Below are positions 6,123 to 12,834 of a stretch of DNA of 13,480 nucleotides, piece after piece. How positions within the stretch are numbered: the stretch's first letter is position 1; each line of letters begins with the position of its first letter. Position numbers and translations under genes: made by a program. Origin of the DNA: a virus (lineage: Duplodnaviria; Heunggongvirae; Uroviricota; Caudoviricetes). The notes under the pieces were generated by a model. It saw only the letters and a list, made by a program, of their open reading frames with translations. It had not been told where the DNA came from and did not search any database. The DNA lies in the IMG/VR virus record IMGVR_UViG_2740892234_000009, positions 1-13,480 of that record. One strand, written 5' to 3'.

Positions 6123-6479
6123 TTACTCGAGAGGAAATTGGTTATGAATACAATCAAGTTTTCTTGCCCAGAATGTGGTGGCTAAGTCTTTGACACATCC
6201 TTTAAGCCGCAGGGCTCTGACAGTTTCGCGGGAGCCATCTGCAAAAATTGTGGTCACCTTGTAACTGAAGATGAGTCCTCGCAGTTCGATGACGAAATCG
6301 TTGACAATATCTTCGGTGCACTCACCAGAGACTTTCTGAAGTAAAGGCGCATACCGCTTAGTTACCGCTCTGATAACTCTTACCTGTCCGGCAATGGCGC
6401 TGATATCAATATAAAGCGCCATCGCTGTTTCTTTGCTGATCCCTGGACGCCTTCCATTCTGATGTTTGACTTCGCCCAC
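6123..6479 (-). CDS. Hypothetical 118-aa protein (GTG start), first gene downstream of the DicA-like repressor; conflicts with an antisense disrupted zinc-ribbon ORF
   Basis: GTG at 6479 preceded by AGAGGA and by the conserved 27-nt leader element. No homolog recognised. The C-terminal two thirds overlap a plus-strand zinc-ribbon reading frame (6144-6344), so the true coding strand of 6144-6344 is uncertain. Confidence 0.4.
   Translation of the reverse strand: MGEVKHQNGRRPGISKETAMALYIDISAIAGQVRVIRAVTKRYAPLLQKVSGECTEDIVNDFVIELRGLIFSYKVTTIFADGSRETVRALRLKGCVKDLATTFWARKLDCIHNQFPLE
6144..6344 (+). pseudogene. Zinc-ribbon small protein reading frame interrupted by an in-frame TAA at codon 14 (6183-6185)
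   Basis: GAGAGG RBS at 6129-6134, ATG 6144; conceptual product MNTIKFSCPECGG*VFDTSFKPQGSDSFAGAICKNCGHLVTEDESSQFDDEIVDNIFGALTRDFLK has two CxxC pairs and an acidic C-terminus typical of small zinc-ribbon proteins. Confidence 0.35.
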
Positions 6480-6494
6480 TGAGAAATCCTCTGC

Positions 6495-6521
6495 TTCCCC
6501 TTAACGCCGGGTAGCGGAACT
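6495..6521 (-). promoter_or_regulatory. Conserved 27-nt leader element, copy 2 (minus sense AGTTCCGCTACCCGGCGTTAAGGGGAA)
   Basis: Matches 3579-3605 except for one indel/substitution; 16 nt upstream of GTG 6479. Confidence 0.35.
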
Positions 6522-6686
6522 GTTTGCTGAGAACACCGTGCGGTGTCTTGATGAGTAGAATTTAGAATAGCCTAAGAGTTATGGTCAAGCTTTTTGTGTA
6601 GAAAAACCTAAGCTTCTTGATGTAAAAAACACAAGTATTTGAAAGTTTGTGCTTTTTATTACAGAGAGTTGCGAAAAAAAGGGGGG

Positions 6687-7094
6687 TTATTTATTTGCGC
6701 TTCTTTTGCGAGCTTTGAGTAGTTCTTCAAAAAGTTTGTTGAAATTCTCAACTCGAGCACGCATCTCTGACAACAGAGCCTTTTGCTCTGACTCAGGCAG
6801 TGCGTCGAACAGTTGAAGCAACTCTTTTTGATCTTCTGTCAGATTGACTGGCTGATTATCTGGGATCGGTTCGCCTGGTTGCTTATCTTCATCTCCAAAA
6901 AGAAGCCAAGTCGGCGAGCACTGAAGCGCCTGGCTCAGTGCGAATAATCTCTTCCCCGCTGGCTGTGTTTCATCTCTTTCCCATTGAGAAATTGTTACGT
7001 GAGCCACTTTGACCAGCTTACCTAATGCGGCCTGAGACAGTTTTAATTTTTTTCGCCTGTATAAGAGGCGAGCACCGAAGGTTTCGTTTTTCAT
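6687..7094 (-). CDS. dicA: DicA-like (P22 C2-type) HTH_XRE repressor, 135 aa
   Basis: Product contains LSQAALGKLVKVAHVTISQWERDETQPAGKRLFALSQALQCSPTWLLFGDEDKQP and ...LFDALPESEQ...EMRARVENFNKLFEELLKARKR, which closely match my recollection of E. coli DicA (also 135 aa). Divergent from a DicC-like gene. Confidence 0.8.
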   Translation of the reverse strand: MKNETFGARLLYRRKKLKLSQAALGKLVKVAHVTISQWERDETQPAGKRLFALSQALQCSPTWLLFGDEDKQPGEPIPDNQPVNLTEDQKELLQLFDALPESEQKALLSEMRARVENFNKLFEELLKARKRSANK

Positions 7095-7170
7095 ATTAGG
7101 TAATTCTAATTTTTCTTGACTTAGGTTTCTCTACGATCTAGTTTCCTTAGGAAAATCTAAGGGGTTCGAT
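7095..7170. promoter_or_regulatory. Divergent promoter/operator region: candidate rightward promoter -35 TTGACT (7116-7121), -10 TAGTTT (7139-7144); palindrome CCTTAG-gaaaat-CTAAGG (7145-7162); additional TTAGG/CTAA repeats (7096-7109, 7121-7126)
   Basis: Inverted repeats built on a CTTAGG/CCTAAG half-site in the 76-bp intergenic region between the divergent repressor and cro-like genes; AAGGGG RBS 7158-7163 before ATG 7171. Confidence 0.45.
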
Positions 7171-7398
7171 ATGTTGAAAATTGATGCTATAGAGTTTTTT
7201 GGCAGCAAAACAAAGCTTGCCAATGTCGCAGGAGTTAGGCTGGCAAGCGTTGCTGCATGGGGAGAACTGGTTCCTGAAGGTCGCGCGATGCGCCTGCAAG
7301 AGGCATCCGGCGGGGAACTTCAGTACGACCCCAAAGTTTATGACGAATATCGTAAGGCAAAGCGGGCGGGGCGGTTGAACAATGAAAATCACCACTGA
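7171..7398 (+). CDS. dicC: DicC/YdaS-family Cro-like protein (75 aa)
   Basis: Divergent from the DicA-like repressor; product MLKIDAIEFFGSKTKLANVAGVRLASVAAWGELVPEGRAMRLQEASGGELQYDPKVYDEYRKAKRAGRLNNENHH; homologous to the 4605..4820 product. Symbol assigned by position and partial recollection. Confidence 0.7.
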   Translation: MLKIDAIEFFGSKTKLANVAGVRLASVAAWGELVPEGRAMRLQEASGGELQYDPKVYDEYRKAKRAGRLNNENHH

Positions 7399-7933
7399 AC
7401 AGGTTTGTGAGGCTCTGGATACCTGGGTATGCCGACCAGGAATGACACAGGAGCAGGCGACGATATTAATCACGGAAGCATTCTGGGCTCTGAAAGAACG
7501 CCCGAACATCGATGTTCAACGCGTCACGTTTAATGATGGCGAGGTTGATCAACGGGCGCTGGGCGTTAACCGGGTGAAGATATTCGAACGCTGGAAAGCT
7601 ATCGACACCAGAGATAAGCGTGACAAATTCACGGCGCTGATTCCGGCAATTATGGAGGCTATCCGGATCAGCGATTTCAGATTGTATTGTGAAATTACTG
7701 ACGGAAAAAGCATTACGTACATGATCGCCGGGTTAAACAAAGAATATGGCGATGTGGTGGAGTCCGGGCTGCTTTTTGCGGATCCAGTTGTTGTGGAACG
7801 TGAGACTGACGAGCTTATAGAAAAAGCTATTGCTTTCAAGCACGCGTATCGTCAGCAATACCAATATTACTTTGCAGATAAACAAATGTCTGCCAGGGGT
7901 TCGTATGAGTATCGATGCACTACGATGGGCTAA
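7382..7933 (+). CDS. YdaT-like protein (183 aa)
   Basis: Overlaps the cro-like gene end by 17 nt; shares the MKI start and the KIFxRW..DT.D segment with the 4817 ORF. Family assignment is from memory. Confidence 0.6.
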   Translation: MKITTEQVCEALDTWVCRPGMTQEQATILITEAFWALKERPNIDVQRVTFNDGEVDQRALGVNRVKIFERWKAIDTRDKRDKFTALIPAIMEAIRISDFRLYCEITDGKSITYMIAGLNKEYGDVVESGLLFADPVVVERETDELIEKAIAFKHAYRQQYQYYFADKQMSARGSYEYRCTTMG

Positions 7934-8955
7934 AAAGGTGAAAACCGGCAGTTCATCCAGTAAGTCAGTATTGACCTGGCTTGCTGATATGTGCGGTGCC
8001 GATTTGTGTGCATACCCGTCTGTATCTGCACTGGCAGAAGTAACGGAACTGAACAAAAAGACTGTGCAGGACAGCTTACGACACCTGATGGAGATTGGGT
8101 TAATTGTTGATACCGGTGAGAGAAAAGGCAGAACAAAGCAAATTGTGGTGTACCGACTTATCGGTGTAGAAGAAAGTGTTGCCGAGCCTGAATACACCCA
8201 AAAACGGGAGTCTTTAAAGGTGGGTAAAATTGGTGCTGTTAATAAAAACAGTACCGAAAATGGTTATGTTTCAGCACAAAACAGACCCAAAAACAGAACT
8301 CTTAGCTGCATGGAAAATAACCAAAGACACCCAAATTTTCCATCAAAGACACCCAAAAACGGATCACGGAACCCAAAGGAACCCAAAGGAACCCAAAGAT
8401 CTAAACCCCACACATAACGCACGCGAGAGTGCTCCGACCAGTGAGCAGGAAGTTTTGTCGTTACAGGCAGCCCCCCCTGTATTCCTGTATGGCCTGAGCG
8501 AACCCATCGGAAAATTCCCGATGAGCGATAGCTGGTATCCGTCACGGGATTTTCGACGACGGGCTGCGTTGTGGGGGATGGCTTTGCCGGAGACAGAATT
8601 TACACCTGCTGAACTTGCCGCCTTCCGGGACTACTGGGCAGCGGAGGGGAAAGTGTTTACGCAGATTCAGTGGGAGCAGAAATTCGCCCGTCACGTAAAT
8701 CACGTCAGGGCGCAGGTTAAACCAGTCAGCAAAGGGGTAAACCATGCAGCAGCACCAGGTGGCACCGCATCACGGGCAGTTCAGGAAATTCGGGCAGCAC
8801 GTGAGCAGTGGGAACGTGAAAACGGATTTATCAGCGACGGAAACGGCCTGGAAGCTGTGGGAACTCATGGGGGTGGTTTATTCGAACCGCTGGACCCAGA
8901 AGAACGGGGCCGCACCTTCGAAGCTCTGGATTGCACAGATTGGCGCGATGACTGA
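7905..8955 (+). CDS. Replication initiator (O-like): N-terminal HTH/winged-helix domain (7905-8417, frame A) and DnaT-like C-terminal domain (frame B, ends 8955), separated by an apparent +1 frameshift within 8230-8417
   Basis: ATG 7905 with AGGGG RBS. N-terminal part MSIDALRWAKKVKTG...VLTWLADMCGADLCAYPSVSALAEVTELNKKTVQDSLRHLMEIGLIVDTGERKGRTKQIVVYRL. C-terminal part GKFPMSDSWYPSRDFRRRAALWGMALPETEFTPAELAAFRDYWAAEGKVFTQIQWEQKFARH aligns with E. coli DnaT ([26 protein letters not shown]...[20 protein letters not shown]). Frame A stops at 8415-8417; frame B is open from about 8230. The gene may be a pseudogene or carry an assembly indel. Confidence 0.6.
8281..8400. repeat. Iteron-like array inside the replication gene: ACCCAAA-containing repeats, including CAAAGACACCCAAA x2 (8322-8335, 8344-8357) and a perfect 10-bp tandem GGAACCCAAA x3 (8368-8397)
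   Basis: Repeats read directly from the sequence; the position (inside the initiator gene between its two domains) is analogous to ori-lambda within gene O. Confidence 0.55.
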
Positions 8956-9409
8956 GCAGCAAATCCGGCAGGTCTGCCGCCAGTGCATGGACTGCTGCCG
9001 GGCGGGTGAAACATGGCCTCCGGACCTGGCTGAGTTTGTGGCACTGATTTCGAAAAGCGGAGCCAATCCATTCGGTCTGACGGTGGATGCTGTGATGGAG
9101 GAGTACTGCCGCTGGCGCAATGAGTCCTGGCGATACGACGGAAGTGATAAGTACCCGTGGTCTCAGCCTGTGCTGTATCACATTTGCCTCGAGATGCGTT
9201 CAAAGGGGATTGAGCGCCAGATGACCGAAGGGGAATTAAAACGGCTTGCAGAACGGCAACTGACGAAATGGGCAAAGCATGTTAGTAACGGCCTGAGCGT
9301 TCCGCCAGTCCGGCGACAACTGGCGGCCCCCAAACGCCCGTCGGGGCCAACGCCAATTGAGTTGCTGAAACAGGAATATGAACGCCGGAAAGCGGCTGGT
9401 TTTGTTTGA
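8948..9409 (+). CDS. Lambda P-like replication protein (helicase loader family), 153 aa
   Basis: ATG 8948 overlaps the upstream stop (ATGACTGA). Product aligns with the C-terminal part of lambda P: PDLAEFVALI ~ PGQFVAWC, VDAVMEEYCRWRNE ~ VDMVYEYCRKRG, KYPWSQPVLYHICLEMRSKGIERQMTEGELKRLAERQL ~ SYPWKSNAHYWLVTNLYQNMRANALTDAELRRKAADEL. The track ORF starts earlier at 8744, inside the upstream gene. Confidence 0.7.
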   Translation: MTEQQIRQVCRQCMDCCRAGETWPPDLAEFVALISKSGANPFGLTVDAVMEEYCRWRNESWRYDGSDKYPWSQPVLYHICLEMRSKGIERQMTEGELKRLAERQLTKWAKHVSNGLSVPPVRRQLAAPKRPSGPTPIELLKQEYERRKAAGFV

Positions 9410-9442
9410 GTTGAGAAGTGATTTTTTACCGGGAGGAAATTT

Positions 9443-10177
9443 ATGGAGACTGTTTTTGACGCACTGAAAGCGATGGGAAAAGCCACGTCGGTAGAGCTGG
9501 CTGCGCGCCTTGATATCAGTCGTGAAGAAGTACTGAACGAGCTGTGGGAACTGAAAAAGGCTGGCTTCGTTGATAAAAGCGTATACACCTGGCGTGTGGC
9601 TGATAACAACGTTCAGCAGGAACAGCCAGCGCCAGAAGAAACCACCACGGCAACAGAAGCGAAAATCTCAGAGTGCGATTTAACCGCGACGATTGAACAA
9701 CGCGGACCACAAACGGCGGATGAACTGGCTACGCTGTTCGGTACAACATCCCGCAAAGTTGCTTCAACGCTGGCAATGGCAATCAGCAAAGGTCGTCTGA
9801 TTCGCGTAAACCAGAACGGTAAAATTCGTTACTGCATACCAGGTGATAATTTACCAGCAGAGCCGAAAGTTGAATCGGTAGCGGAAACCGATGGTAAAGC
9901 CTTTCCTCAGCCAGCCGGTGTTGCGTTACCGGTACAGAAAGATGCAACACAGGAAGATATTAAAACAGAAACTGTGGCGGACATTGTGCAGTCGCTGCCA
10001 TCGTTTACTGCAACGCGAGAAGATGATTTGATTTTGCCATCGCTGCATATGGCAAATCGCGAACTGCGTAGGGCGAAGAATCATGTCCAGAAGTGGGAGC
10101 GAGTCTGCGCCGCGCTGCGGGAGCTGAACAAGCACCGGGATATGGTTGCCGGGATTTGTCGGAAGTCCGGGCAATGA
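9443..10177 (+). CDS. Hypothetical 244-aa protein with two winged-helix-like segments
   Basis: GGAGG RBS at 9432-9436, ATG 9443. wHTH-like segments [29 protein letters not shown] and [32 protein letters not shown]; acidic/T-rich linker. No specific family recognised. Confidence 0.55.
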   Translation: METVFDALKAMGKATSVELAARLDISREEVLNELWELKKAGFVDKSVYTWRVADNNVQQEQPAPEETTTATEAKISECDLTATIEQRGPQTADELATLFGTTSRKVASTLAMAISKGRLIRVNQNGKIRYCIPGDNLPAEPKVESVAETDGKAFPQPAGVALPVQKDATQEDIKTETVADIVQSLPSFTATREDDLILPSLHMANRELRRAKNHVQKWERVCAALRELNKHRDMVAGICRKSGQ

Positions 10178-10338
10178 GCGGATGGTGCAGGCCTGAAATC
10201 ATGATACTAACAATGAAGGTAAAATGCATCGGCAGTCTGATTGGTCGTAGTGAGGCGGCGGTCAGGATGAAAGCCCGGGTTAAGGGAATAAGCCTGATTC
10301 TGCGGGGTGATTTTCACCAGTCAACAAAATATCCGTAG
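10174..10338 (+). CDS. Hypothetical small ORF (54 aa), weak support
   Basis: ATG 10174 overlapping the upstream stop (ATGA); no clear RBS; alternative in-frame ATGs at 10201 and 10213. Confidence 0.2.
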   Translation: MSGWCRPEIMILTMKVKCIGSLIGRSEAAVRMKARVKGISLILRGDFHQSTKYP

Positions 10339-10618
10339 CGCGATAACGGTCAAAAATTATGGCGCTGACACTTTTGTGCCACTGGAGATGACTGTACCTA
10401 AGTTCAGGGGAGAAGAACACGTCCGGTGGGATGGTCGGGCCAGATTTAAAGGGCAGGTCATGGCTCCAGCCTGTACGCTGGCAATGGAGGCTGCCTGGCG
10501 GGAAATTGATATGGGAACCACGCCACTCAGGGATTTACTGCCGGTCCAGAGAATAAATTCCTGTTACGGTTACACCACTGTGATCTTGCAAGTGCAGGAA
10601 AGTAGGTCTACACGGTAA
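10307..10618 (+). CDS. Hypothetical ORF (103 aa, GTG start), weak support; possibly a gene remnant
   Basis: Open frame overlapping the previous ORF in another frame; no convincing RBS; no homolog recognised. Confidence 0.2.
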   Translation: MIFTSQQNIRSAITVKNYGADTFVPLEMTVPKFRGEEHVRWDGRARFKGQVMAPACTLAMEAAWREIDMGTTPLRDLLPVQRINSCYGYTTVILQVQESRSTR

Positions 10619-10846
10619 CGCGAGTGCGTGTAACTTTTGATGTCATTCCCGTAGAAACACCGGACAAATTTTCGCTGACAGGTCATGCAGAAGGTATAAA
10701 TCTGCAGATTATGGACAATTACGGATATCCGGCAAGAGCCGGAAAAAGCATGCCGCCTCTAATTCTCAGTGGAAGATGGACTTGATTATACTCATTGCAT
10801 TGTCAGAAATAGTTATCCATTAAAGGCTGGCTATTCCAAACAGGAT

Positions 10847-10870
10847 GTTGATTACAAAAATGTAATCAAC
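10847..10870. promoter_or_regulatory. Perfect 24-bp palindrome GTTGATTACA-aaaa-TGTAATCAAC in the AT-rich region upstream of the binding-protein gene
   Basis: Read directly; lies about 30 bp upstream of a TATAAT hexamer (10899-10904) and about 170 bp upstream of ATG 11037. Confidence 0.3.
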
Positions 10871-11036
10871 ATGTAAGGTTTATACTCTTCAATATGCGTA
10901 TAATTTTCCTTATTTTGTTGACTTTAAATAACAAGCTATGCACGAGGTAAAGTCGGATAAGTTTATCTGGATGTAATATATATTATTTGTAGTGTTTATA
11001 ACTTTATTTCATGATAACCAATAAAAGGAGTTTTTT

Positions 11037-11795
11037 ATGAGGAACATAATGGCAGGTTTTTTAATATTCCTGTCTTCTGCTGCTTATGCTGATATCAATC
11101 TGTATGGTCCTGGTGGCCCGCATACAGCCTTGCTTGATGCAGCCAAACTTTATGCCGAAAAAACAGGTATTATAGTGAACGTTCATTACGGCCCACAGAA
11201 CAAATGGAATGAAGATGCCAAAAAAAATGCAGATATCTTGTTTGGCGCATCAGAACAATCTGCTCTGGCTATCATTCGGGACCATAAAGACAGCTTCAGT
11301 GAAAAAGATATTCAGCCTCTTTATCTGCGAAAAAGTATTTTACTGGTAAAGAAAGGTAATCCTAAAAATATCCGGAGTATTGACGACCTGACCAGACCTG
11401 GGATTGGCGTAATTGTTAATGATGGTGGTGGTACCAGTAATACATCAGGCACTGGCGTCTGGGAAGATATTGCCGGACGTAAAGGGAATATAGAAACTGT
11501 CGCCGCAATCCGAAAAAATATTATTTTATATGCGCCCAATAGCGGAACTGCACGTAAGGCTCTTGAGAATCAGCCTGGAGCAGATGTCTGGATAACCTGG
11601 GCTGACTGGGCAGCCAGTAATCCAGAAATTGGTGATGTCGTGGAAATAGCGCCAGACTACGTGATATGGCGTGATATGAACATTACAGTACGTCAGGATG
11701 CAAATGATGAAACCCGTCGATTTGCAGAATGGCTACAAACCGATGAAGCGGCGCCTGCATTCAAAAAATATGGCTGGACCAGGAAAGGCACTTGA
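11037..11795 (+). CDS. Periplasmic substrate-binding protein of the ModA (molybdate/tungstate-binding) family, with signal peptide; no cognate permease/ATPase in the window
   Basis: GGAG RBS 11025-11028. N-terminal signal peptide MRNIMAGFLIFLSSAAYA. C-terminus FAEWLQTDEAAPAFKKYGW resembles the ModA C-terminus (AFYDYLKGPQAAEIFKRYGF); overall type-2 periplasmic binding protein pattern. Sits in a low-GC island (10620-11036). Confidence 0.75.
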   Translation: MRNIMAGFLIFLSSAAYADINLYGPGGPHTALLDAAKLYAEKTGIIVNVHYGPQNKWNEDAKKNADILFGASEQSALAIIRDHKDSFSEKDIQPLYLRKSILLVKKGNPKNIRSIDDLTRPGIGVIVNDGGGTSNTSGTGVWEDIAGRKGNIETVAAIRKNIILYAPNSGTARKALENQPGADVWITWADWAASNPEIGDVVEIAPDYVIWRDMNITVRQDANDETRRFAEWLQTDEAAPAFKKYGWTRKGT

Positions 11796-11797
11796 CA

Positions 11798-11827
11798 TCC
11801 TCGTCCTTCAGGACGTGGATTCTTTTT
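11798..11827 (+). terminator. Rho-independent terminator after the binding-protein gene
   Basis: Stem TCCTCGTCC / GGACGTGGA (one mismatch), loop TTCA, followed by TTCTTTTT; begins 3 nt after the stop. Confidence 0.5.
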
Positions 11828-11914
11828 CCGGATGCCGCGCCAGCGGCATGTAGGGGCAGCTCACAAAACGGAAAAAATTGTACGCTAAGCCTCGCCAGGT
11901 GAACTGAATTCATT

Positions 11915-11938
11915 CCGATATGGGAATTCCCATATCGG
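11915..11938. repeat. Perfect 24-bp palindrome CCGATATGGGAATTCCCATATCGG
   Basis: Read directly; centred on a GAATTC site; a second GAATTC lies at 11906-11911. No flanking T-run, so it is not a terminator. Confidence 0.6.
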
Positions 11939-12023
11939 GCGAAAACGGTTTGCTGTAACGGCAGAGTTAAGTAGGATTGCTGCGGGTGCTTGAGGCTATC
12001 TGCCTCGGGCATGAACACCAACG

Positions 12024-12033
12024 NNNNNNNNNN
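12024..12033. other. Assembly gap (10 N) upstream of the hok locus
   Basis: Run of n. Confidence 0.95.
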
Positions 12034-12131
12034 TAAAAGCCCCACCCGACTATAAATCGAAGTGAGGCCCCTATATGCTCGTCACATATAGATTGCCTCT
12101 TACGGACCGAAAGGTCAAGGAGAAGCAGGCT

Positions 12132-12287
12132 ATGAAGCAGCAAAAGGCGATGTTAATCGCCCTGATCGTCATCTGTTTAACCGTCATAGTGACGGCACTG
12201 GTAACGAGGAAAGACCTCTGCGAGGTACGAATCCGAACCGGCCAGACGGAGGTCGCTGTCTTCACAGCTTACGAACCTGAGGAGTAA
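12132..12287 (+). CDS. hokD: Hok/Gef-family membrane toxin (type I toxin), 51 aa
   Basis: Product MKQQKAMLIALIVICLTVIVTALVTRKDLCEVRIRTGQTEVAVFTAYEPEE is a canonical Hok/Gef peptide (hydrophobic helix, conserved C..E..R..G..EVAAF-type tail). It matches my recollection of HokD (RelF) best, but the paralog assignment is less certain than the family. RBS AAGGAG 12118-12123. Confidence 0.75.
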   Translation: MKQQKAMLIALIVICLTVIVTALVTRKDLCEVRIRTGQTEVAVFTAYEPEE

Positions 12288-12355
12288 GAGACCAGGCGGG
12301 GGAGAAATCCCTCGCCACCTCTGATGTGTCAGGCATCCTCAACGCACCCGCACTT

Positions 12356-12382
12356 AACCCGCTTCGGCGGGTTTTTGTTTTT
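12356..12382 (+). terminator. Rho-independent terminator at the 3' end of the hok transcript
   Basis: Stem ACCCGC / GCGGGT with TTCG loop followed by TTTTTGTTTTT. Confidence 0.6.
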
Positions 12383-12507
12383 ATTTTCAACGCGTTTGAA
12401 GTTCCGGACGGCGCCGGAATAGAATCAAAAATACTTAAGTAGCGCGCAGGGAGAAGAGGGATGGACCCCGAACAGGGGAGTGCTATTTATCTGGAAGGAT
12501 TCTGTTG

Positions 12508-12765
12508 ATGAGAATCGAAGAATTACGTGAAATTTTTAGTGAAGATGGCCTCTATACTGTGCGCGTTGAGAAGGGCGCTATTGTCAGCCACTGCCGTATT
12601 AAATGTTTACAGTCTCAACAAAGGAAGAGTGGAGCTGCGTTAATTCATTTTGTGGATGGGCTTGTGACGGATGGTTTTATTTTGCGTGCAAATGAATTTG
12701 TCACATCGTTGCCGTCTCTGAAAGAAGCTGGGATTAAGGCTGGTTTTTCTGCTTTTGAAGATTAG
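12508..12765 (+). CDS. Hypothetical 85-aa phage protein
   Basis: ATG 12508 with GGAAGGA 9 nt upstream (the track ORF starts at TTG 12505); product MRIEELREIFSEDGLYTVRVEKGAIVSHCRIKCLQ.... Occupies the position of rem next to hokD in Qin, but the sequence is not recognised. Confidence 0.5.
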   Translation: MRIEELREIFSEDGLYTVRVEKGAIVSHCRIKCLQSQQRKSGAALIHFVDGLVTDGFILRANEFVTSLPSLKEAGIKAGFSAFED

Positions 12766-12834
12766 TGAATTCATCTACAATTCAGCGCAGGGCTGAACCC
12801 CTGTTGAGTAACACTGTGCCACCGGAGAAAGCCG

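Noticed and set aside
6533-6546. 14-bp perfect palindrome ACACCGTGCGGTGT as a distinct regulatory feature
   Set aside because: Single occurrence with no counterpart in the paralogous module; too short to call on its own. Could be a minor 5'-UTR hairpin.
7147-10229. Track minus-strand ORFs 7147..7509, 7549..7839, 7733..8197, 7930..8136, 8264..8545, 8542..8745, 8831..9181, 8865..9275, 8878..9120, 9178..9609, 9516..9710, 9926..10174, 10005..10229
   Set aside because: All are antisense to plus-strand genes with recognisable products (DicC-like, YdaT-like, initiator, P-like, wHTH protein); high-GC coding regions routinely give long antisense ORFs.
11321-12265. Track ORFs 11321..11539 (-), 11761..12045 (-, spans the N-gap), 12071..12265 (-)
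   Set aside because: Antisense to the ModA-like gene, crossing the assembly gap, or antisense to hok. A sok-like antisense RNA opposite the hok leader cannot be excluded, but a 64-aa antisense protein is not supported.
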